A program made the position numbers and the translations under genes. Positions 36,923-46,569 of a stretch of 64,000 nucleotides of DNA are shown here, piece after piece. The notes beneath the pieces are model-generated. The model saw only the letters and a list, made by a program, of their open reading frames with translations, was not told the origin of the DNA and did no database searches. Origin of the DNA: an uncultured delta proteobacterium. Lineage in GTDB: Bacteria > Myxococcota_A > Polyangia > Polyangiales > Polyangiaceae. The stretch is from contig CAWJCS010000001.1 of NCBI GenBank assembly GCA_963841435.1, forward strand, positions 1-64,000, written 5' to 3'. Each line of letters starts with the position of its first letter. Within the stretch, counting starts at the first letter, position 1.

Positions 36923-37801
36923 TCAGTTGTTGTTGCACTGGCTCGCGATCGACCAATTGGTCTGATCCACGATGGTGCCGGGGTTTTGCGTGTCGCAGCC
37001 GGTCTTGCATTGAAACAGCATCGTGTGACCCTGGAGGCAGCCCCCGGTCCCGACCGTGCACATCGCAAGGACGTAGTCGTCCTTCGAATACGCGCACGCC
37101 ATCGAGTAGGGTGACGCGTCCATGCACGTGGTACCGCTCGGCGGCGTGCACGTGCCCGAGCCGGTGCCGCCCGCTCCGCCTTTGCCCGCCGAGCCGCTCG
37201 CGCCACCCTGTCCTGCCGAGCCGCCTTTGCCCGCGGAGCCGCCGCTTCCCGCGGAGCCGCTTGCGCCACCCTGCCCTGCGGAGCCGCCTTTGCCCGCGCC
37301 ACCGCCCGTCCCGGCGCCGCCGACGCCGGCCGCACCGCCGAACGCCATGCCGCCGCTGCCACCTTTGCCCGCGCTGCCGCTCGTGCCCGCGCTTCCCGCC
37401 GAGCCGCCGCTCCCACCGGCACCGCTTGCCCCGCCACCGCCGCCGGTGCCGCCGTCGCTGCCACCCGCGCCGACCGAGCCCGCGCCGCCCGAGCCGCTTG
37501 CGCCGCCCGAGCCGCCTGCGCCGCCTGCGCTACCGCTCCCCGCCGAGCCACCGGAGCCTGCGGTACCGCCCGAGCCGCCGACACCGAAAGAGCCACCGAC
37601 GCCCGAGCTTCCCCCGACGCCGGCGCCACCGCCAATCGACCCACCGGCACCGTCGCCCGCCGAGCCGCCGGTCGTCCCGGGATCGGGAATCGGGATCTCT
37701 CCTTCGGTCGCGACGGCGCACGCGACGGCGCCGAGGAGGGCACAAGCAACGAGGCTGAGTCTACGGTCGAGCACGTTTTTCGAAAGCCTCCCTGAACACA
37801 C
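36923..37801 (-). CDS. Gly/Ser-rich lipoprotein with a small Cys-rich C-terminal domain
   Basis: Lipobox AVAC, long GGSAG-type linker, C-terminal domain with about eight Cys; start uncertain. Confidence 0.75.
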   Translation of the reverse strand: MCSGRLSKNVLDRRLSLVACALLGAVACAVATEGEIPIPDPGTTGGSAGDGAGGSIGGGAGVGGSSGVGGSFGVGGSGGTAGSGGSAGSGSAGGAGGSGGASGSGGAGSVGAGGSDGGTGGGGGASGAGGSGGSAGSAGTSGSAGKGGSGGMAFGGAAGVGGAGTGGGAGKGGSAGQGGASGSAGSGGSAGKGGSAGQGGASGSAGKGGAGGTGSGTCTPPSGTTCMDASPYSMACAYSKDDYVLAMCTVGTGGCLQGHTMLFQCKTGCDTQNPGTIVDQTNWSIASQCNNN

Positions 37802-37857
37802 AAGCGTAACACGCGGTCGAGCGCCGCGCGAAAGGGATCCGCGCTTGGTGTCGAGCG

Positions 37858-38985
37858 TCAGCCGACGTGTGTGCTCTGCGCACGATGTCGTAGAAGGTGG
37901 TCAGCGAGCACGAGAGCAACCATGGCCTCTCCCATGGGCACGAAGCGCGGCAAGAGACACGGGTCATGGCGGCCGCGCGTGCGAATGGTCGTCGGCTCGA
38001 GCTCCTGCGTAACGGTCTCTTGGTCGCGCGGCAGGCTGCTCGTCGGCTTGATGGCGGCGCGCACGACGATCGGCATGCCGGAGCTGATGCCGCCGAGCAT
38101 GCCGCCGTGGCGATTCGTGCGCGTTTTGGCGTGCTTTTCGCCGTCCGGGCCCGGCTCCGCGAAGAACGCGTCGTTGTTCTCGCTGCCGCGCAGCGTCGCG
38201 CAGCCGAAGCCGACGCCGTACTCGACGCCGAGCACGGCGGGCAGGCTGAAGAGCGCCTTGCCGAGGTCCGCCTTGAGCTTGTCGAAGACGGGCTCGCCGA
38301 GCCCCGGCGGGACACCCGTCGCGACGATCTCGCTGACGCCGCCGATCGAATCCTGATCCTTCCTCAGATCTTCGATGAGCTTTATCATGCGCGGCACGGC
38401 GTCGTGATCCGGACAGCGCACGAGATTGGGGCTCCCGTCGCCGAGTGTCTCGACGTCGTGCTCGGTGATCGCCGCGGGGTCGTCGACGTTCGCCACGATG
38501 GAGCCAATCTGCTTGACGTAGCCGACGACGCGCCCGCCGAATGCCTCGGCGATCAGCTTCTTGGCGACGGCGCCGGCTGCGACGCGCGCCACCGTCTCGC
38601 GGGCGCTCGAGCGCCCGCCGCCGCGGTAGTCGCGAAAGCCGTACTTCTCGTCGAAGGTGAAGTCGGCGTGGCCGGGGCGGTATTTGTTCTTGATATCGTC
38701 GTAGTCGCGGCTCTTCTGGTCCTGGTTGCGAATCAGGATGGCGATGCTCGTTCCCGTGGTCCGCCCCTCGAACACACCCGAGAGAATTTCCGCCTCGTCG
38801 GACTCGTTGCGCTGGGTCACGAGGTGGCTCTGGCCCGGACGCCGCCGCCCGAGGTCGTGCGCCAGATCGGCCACGTCGAGTGGGATGCCGGGCGGACAGC
38901 CGTCGATGATGACGACGTTGCCGGGCCCGTGGGACTCACCGGCCGTCGTGATGCGAAAAGCCTGACCGAAGCTGTTTCCGGACAT
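37858..38985 (-). CDS. aroC: Chorismate synthase
   Basis: GESHG, RPGHAD, GGGRSSARET, GGISSG and RGRHDPC motifs. Confidence 0.97.
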   Translation of the reverse strand: MSGNSFGQAFRITTAGESHGPGNVVIIDGCPPGIPLDVADLAHDLGRRRPGQSHLVTQRNESDEAEILSGVFEGRTTGTSIAILIRNQDQKSRDYDDIKNKYRPGHADFTFDEKYGFRDYRGGGRSSARETVARVAAGAVAKKLIAEAFGGRVVGYVKQIGSIVANVDDPAAITEHDVETLGDGSPNLVRCPDHDAVPRMIKLIEDLRKDQDSIGGVSEIVATGVPPGLGEPVFDKLKADLGKALFSLPAVLGVEYGVGFGCATLRGSENNDAFFAEPGPDGEKHAKTRTNRHGGMLGGISSGMPIVVRAAIKPTSSLPRDQETVTQELEPTTIRTRGRHDPCLLPRFVPMGEAMVALVLADHLLRHRAQSTHVG

Positions 38986-39031
38986 ACGCCCGTCGAGTTT
39001 CCCACGGGGTGGGCGGCGTTGCTACTATCCG

Positions 39032-40177
39032 GTGCTCGTGGCGCCCCTCACGACCTTGAGCGACGACGAGCGGCTGTTCCTGGACACCGTGCATGCCTTC
39101 GCGCGCGAGCGCGTTGCCCCGAAAGTGGCCGAGATGGACGCCGCGGGTGCGCTCGACGAAAGCCTCGTCCCTCTGCTCTTCGAGCTCGGCGTGATGGGCA
39201 TCGAAACACCCGCGAGCCTCGGTGGTGCTGGCTCGACGTTCATGAACGCGATCCTCGCGGTTCAGGCGCTGGCGCGCGTCGATCCCTCCGTTGCCGTGCT
39301 CGTCGACGTGCAGAACACGCTGGTCAACAACGCTCTCGTGCGCTGGGGCACGGACGCGCAGAAGGCGAAATACCTCGGGCGCCTGGCGAGCGAATGGGTC
39401 GGATCGTACGCGCTCAGCGAGGCAGGTTCGGGGTCGGACGCCTTCGCACTCAAGACTCGCGCCGAGCGGCGCGGCGACCACTGGGTGCTCACCGGCCAGA
39501 AGCTCTGGATCACGAACGCCGCGGAGAGCTCGCTTTTCATCGTCTTCGCGAACGTCGACCCGGCGCAGGGTTACCGCGGCATCACGGCTTTCCTCGTGGA
39601 GCGCGGGTACTTGGGATTTTCCGTCGGCAAGAAGGAGGACAAGCTCGGTATCCGCGCGTCGAGCACGTGCGAGCTCGTGCTCGAGGGGTGCGAGGTGCCG
39701 TCCGACGCCGTCCTCGGCGAGGTGGGCAATGGCTACAAGATCGCGATCCTCACGCTGAACGAGGGGCGCATCGGCATCGGGGCACAGATGCTCGGCCTCG
39801 CCGAGGGAGCGCTCGAGCATGCGCTTGGCTACGCGCGCGAGCGCAAGCAGTTCGGCAAGGCGCTCGTGGAGTTCCAGGGCGTCGAATTTCAGCTCGCACG
39901 AATGGCGATGGAGGTCGAAGCGGCGAAGCTCTTGGTCTACAACGCCGCACGCTTGAAGGACGCGGGTGCCGACTTCGTGAAGGAGGCGGCCATGGCGAAG
40001 CTCTTCGCGTCCGAGGTGGCCGAGCGCGTCGCCTCCCAGGCCGTGGACCTGTTCGGCGGCGTCGGCTTCACGCGCGAGTATCCCGTCGAGAAGCTCTACC
40101 GGGACGCGAAGATCGGAAAGATCTACGAGGGGACGAGCAACATGCAGCTTCAGACCATCGCCAAGCTTTTGCGTTGA
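39032..40177 (+). CDS. Acyl-CoA dehydrogenase (short/branched chain-like)
   Basis: ALSEAGSGSD, KLWITN, KLGIRASST, RKQFG and IYEGTSNMQ motifs. Confidence 0.93.
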   Translation: MLVAPLTTLSDDERLFLDTVHAFARERVAPKVAEMDAAGALDESLVPLLFELGVMGIETPASLGGAGSTFMNAILAVQALARVDPSVAVLVDVQNTLVNNALVRWGTDAQKAKYLGRLASEWVGSYALSEAGSGSDAFALKTRAERRGDHWVLTGQKLWITNAAESSLFIVFANVDPAQGYRGITAFLVERGYLGFSVGKKEDKLGIRASSTCELVLEGCEVPSDAVLGEVGNGYKIAILTLNEGRIGIGAQMLGLAEGALEHALGYARERKQFGKALVEFQGVEFQLARMAMEVEAAKLLVYNAARLKDAGADFVKEAAMAKLFASEVAERVASQAVDLFGGVGFTREYPVEKLYRDAKIGKIYEGTSNMQLQTIAKLLR

Positions 40178-40341
40178 GCGCGGGGCCCGCCTCGTCGGGT
40201 CCGGGTCGTCGGGGGCAGTTCGGCGAGCTTTCGGTGAGGCGAGAACGCTCGCCGAGCGTGCAGGGAAGGCCGAGGGCCCGGAAGACTCGGCAGTCTGGCG
40301 CTTCCCAGGCGACGTGACAGGCGCTATGGTCCGACCCCGCC

Positions 40342-40476
40342 ATGGAACCCGGTCTCGTCACGCTTGCAAAGATCGTCGGTACGCTGCTCTTCGCGATTGG
40401 CCTCGTGCCCATGATCTTCCTGCTGTCCCCCGGGGACATGAGCGAGCCGTCGGACGACGAGCCGGGCGATCACTAG
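40342..40476 (+). CDS. Putative 44-aa single-TM small protein
   Basis: MEPGLVTLAKIVGTLLFAIGLVPMIFLLSPGDMSEPSDDEPGDH*, with host codon usage; below the ORF-track cutoff. Confidence 0.55.
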   Translation: MEPGLVTLAKIVGTLLFAIGLVPMIFLLSPGDMSEPSDDEPGDH

Positions 40477-40540
40477 CCCTTTCGCCCGAGCACGGGGGTC
40501 GGTTGAAACCAATCGAGGCCCGTGCCGTAAAAGAGTGACG

Positions 40541-41350
40541 ATGGCACGACTCATATTCACGGGTGCGCTACTCGCCGCCGCGCTTGCCGCGGGCTGCAGC
40601 AAGAAGGAGCCGCCCAAGGACCTCGCGCCCGTCTCGAGCGCCACACTGGCCCCGCCCAAGGCGGCTTCGAACGGTGCCGTCTCGCTCGCCGTCGAGGGCC
40701 CCACGAGCTCCGTGAAGTTCCTGATGGACTCGCCGCTCGAGAAGATCGACGGCGACGCCCCCGCGTCCGCGAGCGGCGAGCTTTCGATCGATCTCGCCGA
40801 CCTCGAGAAGTCGACGGGCATCATCAAGGTGGATCTCGGCAAGCTGACGCTCTACCAGCAGCGCCGCCCCGAAGAGAACGGCGAGTACAGCGAGCGGAAG
40901 GTGAATCCCAAGCAGAACGAGCACGCCCGGGACTGGCTGCAGCTCGTTCCGCACGAGGGCGAGGTCACGGCGGAGCAGGCCGAGAAGAACCGCCTCGTGG
41001 AGTTTCGCATCGATTCGGTGATGCCTTCCGAGAAGAGTGTGCTCGATCTGGAGGGGCCGGAGCGCAAGGTGATCGCCACGGTGTCCGGCCCGCTTCGCTT
41101 GCACGGTCGCGAGGCCACGAAGAGCGCGAAGGTCCTCTTGACGTTCAAGTTCGAAGGCAAAAAGCTCGCGTCGCTCGGCGTGAAGACCCTCGAGCCCTTC
41201 AGCGTGAATCTGGAGAAATTCGAAATCAATCCTCGCGACGGCGCCGGCAAGTTCGTCAAGAGCGTGACGGACGCCATCGGGGGATCGCTCAAGGGCAAGC
41301 TTTCGTCCGACGCGCCGGTGATGATCGAGCTCACCGCCAAGCCGAAGTAG
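40541..41350 (+). CDS. YceI-like lipoprotein
   Basis: Lipobox AAGC, FLMDSPLEKIDG, G..KVDL..L and SGPLRLHG. Confidence 0.75.
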   Translation: MARLIFTGALLAAALAAGCSKKEPPKDLAPVSSATLAPPKAASNGAVSLAVEGPTSSVKFLMDSPLEKIDGDAPASASGELSIDLADLEKSTGIIKVDLGKLTLYQQRRPEENGEYSERKVNPKQNEHARDWLQLVPHEGEVTAEQAEKNRLVEFRIDSVMPSEKSVLDLEGPERKVIATVSGPLRLHGREATKSAKVLLTFKFEGKKLASLGVKTLEPFSVNLEKFEINPRDGAGKFVKSVTDAIGGSLKGKLSSDAPVMIELTAKPK

Positions 41351-41364
41351 GCGGGCCCTCCCGC

Positions 41365-41898
41365 TCAGTCTTCGGGTAGCTCGGCTTCGTCGCAGCCGCC
41401 GACGCAGTTGCTCTGCTCGTTCTCGTCGTCCTCGCTGCCGCCGTCCATGAGCAGGCTCACCTTGGCGTTGACGCCGAGGTCCTGGCGCTTGAGGGCCCAC
41501 CAGGCGCCACCCGTGCTGCGGGGGCCGAGCCCCCACTGACCGCGCAGGAGTCCGTGCCCCGCTATTTCGGATTCGCCGTAGACGAACGAGCCGTGGCCCG
41601 ACCAGGTTTCACCGCGGCATTCCTCCGACCAGGTGAAGGTGAGGCGATCGCCGACGATGGTGCCGTGGAGCTCGCCGAGCCGCTCGCCCATGGCGCGCCA
41701 GGTGCCGGACGCCTGCGAGCCGTTCGTCACGATGCGAAGATAGATGTGATACGGGCCCTGGTAGACTCCCTGGAAGTCGGCGGGCGACGGTGCGGGTGCC
41801 GACGCCGAGCTCGCCGGGACCCCGTCGGGCGCGCTGCAGCCGACGGCCGTGAGAAGGCCGAGCGTGGCGGCGAGGCGCAGGGGCGAAAACCTCCGCAT
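41365..41898 (-). CDS. Hypothetical lipoprotein
   Basis: Lipobox AVGC followed by a beta-rich domain. Confidence 0.7.
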   Translation of the reverse strand: MRRFSPLRLAATLGLLTAVGCSAPDGVPASSASAPAPSPADFQGVYQGPYHIYLRIVTNGSQASGTWRAMGERLGELHGTIVGDRLTFTWSEECRGETWSGHGSFVYGESEIAGHGLLRGQWGLGPRSTGGAWWALKRQDLGVNAKVSLLMDGGSEDDENEQSNCVGGCDEAELPED

Positions 41899-41939
41899 GC
41901 GCCTATTTTGAGACCTGGCGACTGGAGCGGCAACTGGCT

Positions 41940-44888
41940 TCATTTCCTGAGTAGCTCGCGCTCGACCCTGAGCACCACCGTATGCTCGTCGCGGCGCACT
42001 TCAATCACGAGGTCCGTCCCGGGCCGACCGGAAAAGCGTCGGCGCGCGTCCGCCATGTCGCGCGGTGCGACACCGTCGATGTGGACCACAACGTCACCTG
42101 CGGCGAAACCGGCTCGTTCGGCTTCGCTCGTGGCCGTGACCGTCGCCACGACAATCTCCAGGTTGGCTCCGGCGCCGCGCTCACCCAGCGTCACGGCGAC
42201 GTTGCCGCCGAGCAGCGAAGGGTCGTCCTTGACCGGCTCGGTGAGCACGATGCGCACGCGGTCGGTGACCCGACCTGCCGTGACCTCGACGCCCGTGGCG
42301 CGCCCGCGGCCCGACACGGCCGACAAGGCTTCGAGCGTGCGGCGCCCCGGGGCGACGCGCGGCAGCGTGAAGCGACCGTTCGCGTCCGTCTGGGCCATGG
42401 ACGCCGGCAGCGCGCCCGTCGGCAGGAAGGTCGGTACGACGCCGACCGCGACGCGCGCCCCGCTCACGGGCTCGCCCTCGTGGTCGACCACCTCGCCCTC
42501 GACGGTGCCCGGCTCGTCGAGATCGACGGGGTCGAGGGTCTGCGGGCGATCAGCGCGGCCCGTCGGGGTCACGACGAAATCGAGCTCGGCTTCGGCGTAG
42601 TCGGGGTGCGCCACCGCGAGATGCGCCGGGCCGGCCGCGAGGTCGGCGATGCGAAAGTGACCCTCGGCGTCGGTCAGCGCCGTGCGGCGAACGCCCCCGG
42701 AAACGAGTGACACACGCGCTCCTTCGACCCAGCTCCGCCCTCGCACGGCCGTCACCGTTCCTTCGACGACGACGCCCACGGTGAGCGAGACCTCGAGCGT
42801 CGCCGGCGCGTGGTCAACGACCACGCTGCGGCGAGGGAAGCCGGGTGCCTCGACAATCACGCGTAGCGGCACACCCGCCGCGTCGTCGACCTCGACGGCG
42901 CCCTCCGAGTCGGTGAATTGCGTTTCCCGGAGCGGCACGTCGGGGTCGAGCGAAAGCGCCGTGACCTGGGCGAGCTCGATCGGATCGTCGTGGTCGTCCC
43001 GAACGAGCACGCGCACGGGCTCGCGCGGTGCGGGCAAAACGAGCTCGACTTCGGTGCGCTCGGCTTCCGGCACCGTGAGCGTCTTTCTTAGCACGATGCG
43101 GTGCTCGGCCGCCGAGCGCCGCACCGAGACGACGACCTCGGACGGAATGCCCGTGCTCTCGAAGCTACCGTCCGGCTTCGTCGTCGTGGTGCGCACGAGT
43201 GACGTGCGCGTGCTCGCGATCTCCACCTCCGCACCCTCGACCGGTCGGTCGCGGTCGTCCTTCACGCGGCCGGCGAGCGTGCCGCCGCCTAGCATCACGA
43301 TGCGCACGTGCGCCTCGCCGCCGGGCTTGAGCGCGACGAGCTCGCTCGTCCCTTCGACGTAGTCGGGATGCCGCGCGACGGCGCGCACGCGTCCGGGCGT
43401 GACGGGTGAGGCCGTGAAGCGTCCGTCGCTTCGCGTCACCCAGTCGGGCACCGTGGGCGGTGGAGCGCTGGCGAGCGCCCAGAGGTCGGCGCCGGGCTCG
43501 ATGCGCGTCCCTGCGGCGGGAATCGGCGGTACGGGGCCCGGCATCACGCCGAGCTCGCCCGCCGGGATGAGCGGCCTCGGGCCGGAGAGCGCAAAGTCGA
43601 AATGAGTGCTCCGGAACGCGTTCAAAAAGGGCGTCTCCGACACGGGCAGGCCCCAGGCGTCGCTTCCCGCGACCTCGATGCTGGCGCCCTCGACCGGAAA
43701 GCCGCGCCCGTCGACGACCTCGCCGCGGATGGTCGCTCCGCGAACGAGCGCGACGGTCACCGGCTCGAGCGTCGGCTCCGGCACGGATACGAGCGCGCTC
43801 GATACGAATCCCTCCGCGCGCGCAGCGAGCGTGGCCGGACCCGGGGCGATCGGACCGAGCGTCACGCGCCCGTTCGATCCCGTGCGGCCGAGCAGCGGGA
43901 ATGAGGCGAGCCCGCCCGAGCTCAGCACGACGTCGGCGTTCGGAACGAGCACTGGGCTCTCGCCCTCGCCGTCGGTGACGACGGCGGTGATCATCCTCCC
44001 GGGCTCGAGCACGAGCGTGAGGTCGGCGTCCTCGCCGCGCTCGAGGCTCACGCCGAGCGCGGTCCGCGACACGGCCGTTCCCAGCGAAGCCTGGAGATCA
44101 TAAGCGCCCGCGAGGAGGCCCGAGATGCGCGTCGTCCCGTCGGGCCCGGTCACGCTCCGGCGGGCCGGCCAGAGCGCCGAGCCGGCGATGGCCACCGTGG
44201 CGCCGGGCGCGGGCTTTCGGTCGCGGCGTTCGACGCGCACGCTGATCGACGCGAGGCGCCGCAACGAGAGCGTCACTTCGCCGCGGACGTTGCCGCGCTC
44301 CAGGGACTCGTAGCCGGGCGCGGACGCTTTCACCTTCCACGGTGCCGGCGGCAAACGCGCGAGCGAAGCCGTGCCCTTGGTGTCGGTGAGCGCGCCGAAC
44401 GGTAGCGGGTCGGTGCCCTGAACGAGCACGGTCGCGCGAAAGAGCGGCGCTCCGCGCTCGTCGGTCACGCGCACGCGCACGCGCGCCTCGGCGCCCAGCA
44501 CCGCTCGATGTACATTCTTGCCCGCGGCGAGCACGAGCACGGCCGAGACACGGGCGCGGCCCGGTGCGCTCGTCAGCGCCCAGCTTCGCCCGCGTGGTGC
44601 ACCCGTGATCTCGAGCTCGCCCGCGGCGTCGGTCGTGGCCGATCCCACGAAATACTCGGTGCCCTCGTGCTCCCAGAACAGCGTGGTCGTGGCACCGGCA
44701 AGCGGCAGACCCGCCTCGTCGACGACCGCCACGATGAGCCGCGCGTCTCGCACGGTGACGCTCGCAGGGGGGGCGGGTGCCAGCATCGCTTCGACGCGCG
44801 TGCGAGGCGTGTCGGAGAGTCCGAGCACGAACAAGAAGCACGCGAGGAGCGCGAGCCCGTTCGTCAGCGAGTCCAGAAGACGACCCAT
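41940..44888 (-). CDS. Carboxypeptidase-regulatory-like repeat protein with a C-terminal PDZ
   Basis: Repeated G.V.D..G.PV.GA.V ...T..DG.F units; SEAERAGFAAGDVVVHIDG. Confidence 0.85.
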   Translation of the reverse strand: MGRLLDSLTNGLALLACFLFVLGLSDTPRTRVEAMLAPAPPASVTVRDARLIVAVVDEAGLPLAGATTTLFWEHEGTEYFVGSATTDAAGELEITGAPRGRSWALTSAPGRARVSAVLVLAAGKNVHRAVLGAEARVRVRVTDERGAPLFRATVLVQGTDPLPFGALTDTKGTASLARLPPAPWKVKASAPGYESLERGNVRGEVTLSLRRLASISVRVERRDRKPAPGATVAIAGSALWPARRSVTGPDGTTRISGLLAGAYDLQASLGTAVSRTALGVSLERGEDADLTLVLEPGRMITAVVTDGEGESPVLVPNADVVLSSGGLASFPLLGRTGSNGRVTLGPIAPGPATLAARAEGFVSSALVSVPEPTLEPVTVALVRGATIRGEVVDGRGFPVEGASIEVAGSDAWGLPVSETPFLNAFRSTHFDFALSGPRPLIPAGELGVMPGPVPPIPAAGTRIEPGADLWALASAPPPTVPDWVTRSDGRFTASPVTPGRVRAVARHPDYVEGTSELVALKPGGEAHVRIVMLGGGTLAGRVKDDRDRPVEGAEVEIASTRTSLVRTTTTKPDGSFESTGIPSEVVVSVRRSAAEHRIVLRKTLTVPEAERTEVELVLPAPREPVRVLVRDDHDDPIELAQVTALSLDPDVPLRETQFTDSEGAVEVDDAAGVPLRVIVEAPGFPRRSVVVDHAPATLEVSLTVGVVVEGTVTAVRGRSWVEGARVSLVSGGVRRTALTDAEGHFRIADLAAGPAHLAVAHPDYAEAELDFVVTPTGRADRPQTLDPVDLDEPGTVEGEVVDHEGEPVSGARVAVGVVPTFLPTGALPASMAQTDANGRFTLPRVAPGRRTLEALSAVSGRGRATGVEVTAGRVTDRVRIVLTEPVKDDPSLLGGNVAVTLGERGAGANLEIVVATVTATSEAERAGFAAGDVVVHIDGVAPRDMADARRRFSGRPGTDLVIEVRRDEHTVVLRVERELLRK

Positions 44889-45010
44889 GCCGCCGCCCTT
44901 TTCGTAGCCGAAGCCTGGGGCTCGTGGGCAAGACCAAAAGGCATGCTCGCCCCGACAGTAGCGCTTTTATCGGGGCTTGGCGCGGGTTCGCGCCGGGCTG
45001 CTATGCTTTC

Positions 45011-46177
45011 ATGTTGGCGATGCGCGGGTTTTTGGTGGCGTGCCTCCTCGGCCTTTCGTGCAGTAGCCACGAAGGGACCGACCCGCGCAAGCTCGTGCAC
45101 ACCGACCAAACCGAGCCGGAGCAGGATGGCGGCCTGGTCGATGTCGACGCCGACGTGAGCCCCTGCGGCGAGTTCTGCGGCGAGACGTTCCTGCACGAGC
45201 TCGTGGCCCCCAAGAACCTCTACTTCGTCATCGATCGCTCGGGCAGCATGGGAGCGTTGATGCCGGGGTCGTCGCTCACCCGCTATCAATCGGCGCGCGC
45301 CGTGCTGGGTGGTCTGTTGCGGGCCATCGGACACCGGGTGCGCTACGGCGCGGCCGCCTTTCCCACGACGGTGAACCCGGAGGACTGCAGTCCCGGAAGC
45401 CAGGTCTTCCCTGCGACGCTGGGCGCCTTACCGACATGCGAGGGCAAGGACGACCCGACACTGATTTCGTTCATGCTGAAGCTCGGCAACCTGGCGCCCG
45501 TGGGCGGCACGCCGACTTCGGCGACGCTGCGCGCGCTCGGGCCGACGCTTCGGGGCCTCGAAGGCGAGACCTCGGTCGTCTTGGTGACGGATGGCGCGCC
45601 CAACTGCAACCTCGGTGGGCGGTGCGCTGCCGCCGATTGCACCTTGAACATCGAGGGCGCGACCGTCGGTGGGCGCGCCTGTGATGCCGCGTTAAACTGC
45701 TGCGATCCGGACACCACGGGGCCGGCGGCGGGGGGATACTGCGTGGACGGGGACGACACGGAAGCCGAGATCAGCGCGCTCGCGGAGGAAGGGATTCAGA
45801 CGTTCGTCGTCGGCATGCCGGGGGCCGAGCCGTACGCAAAGCTGCTCGGTCGGCTCGCGGAGGCGGGTGGGACGGCCCGGGACGGGGCCGTTCCGTACTA
45901 CGCCGTCGCGGACGCCGATGACCTCAGGACGGCGCTCTTCGCGATCGGCACGAGCGTCACGATTCCCTGCTCGATCCAGCTCGAATCGGCGCCCGACGAC
46001 CCGAGCCTCGTCAACGTGTACTTCGACGCACAGCTGGTGCCGTTCGATGGCGAGGACGGCTGGTCCTGGGACGGCGACCGGACGGTCGTGGTCAACGGCG
46101 CCGCGTGCGAAGGGCTCGAGTCCGGCGACGTCCTCGACGCACGCGTGGTGTTCGGCTGCGATACGGTGGTACGGTGA
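45011..46177 (+). CDS. VWA-domain Cys-rich lipoprotein
   Basis: Lipobox GLSC, MIDAS DRSGSM, GGTPT and VTDGAPNC. Confidence 0.87.
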   Translation: MLAMRGFLVACLLGLSCSSHEGTDPRKLVHTDQTEPEQDGGLVDVDADVSPCGEFCGETFLHELVAPKNLYFVIDRSGSMGALMPGSSLTRYQSARAVLGGLLRAIGHRVRYGAAAFPTTVNPEDCSPGSQVFPATLGALPTCEGKDDPTLISFMLKLGNLAPVGGTPTSATLRALGPTLRGLEGETSVVLVTDGAPNCNLGGRCAAADCTLNIEGATVGGRACDAALNCCDPDTTGPAAGGYCVDGDDTEAEISALAEEGIQTFVVGMPGAEPYAKLLGRLAEAGGTARDGAVPYYAVADADDLRTALFAIGTSVTIPCSIQLESAPDDPSLVNVYFDAQLVPFDGEDGWSWDGDRTVVVNGAACEGLESGDVLDARVVFGCDTVVR

Positions 46178-46212
46178 TGCGGCACGCGGACCAGAAGTGG
46201 TAGGGTTGCTCC

Positions 46213-46509
46213 GTGAGCGAATCGGAACTTGCAGCGCTCCGTGACGCCATCGACGCGGTCGATCAACGCTTGCTGGAGCTGATCGCAGAACGCGTGCGGC
46301 TCGTGCTCGAGGTGGGGGAATACAAGGCGGCGCGTGACTTGCCGGTCTACGACCCCGAGCGGGAGCGACTCCTGATAGCGCGGCTCACGGAGCTCGCGCC
46401 GACGCCCCTCGAGCCAGAGACCGTGCGGCGCATCTTCGAACGCGTGATCGACGAGTCGCGACGCCTCGAGCAACGCCACGCGACGAGCCCGCCACCTTCG
46501 ACGAAGTGA
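46213..46509 (+). CDS. Chorismate mutase (AroQ type)
   Basis: LRDAIDAVD..LLELIAER...K......YDPERE motif. Confidence 0.9.
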   Translation: MSESELAALRDAIDAVDQRLLELIAERVRLVLEVGEYKAARDLPVYDPERERLLIARLTELAPTPLEPETVRRIFERVIDESRRLEQRHATSPPPSTK

Positions 46510-46569
46510 GGCGCGGCAATCGCTTGCCTTCGGGAGCTCGTCTACTGAAGTTGCGGGGCGCCGGTGTCG

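Noticed and set aside
37122-38012. Pro-rich plus-strand ORF and tandem-repeat appearance
   Set aside because: It is the antisense shadow of the Gly-rich lipoprotein linker.
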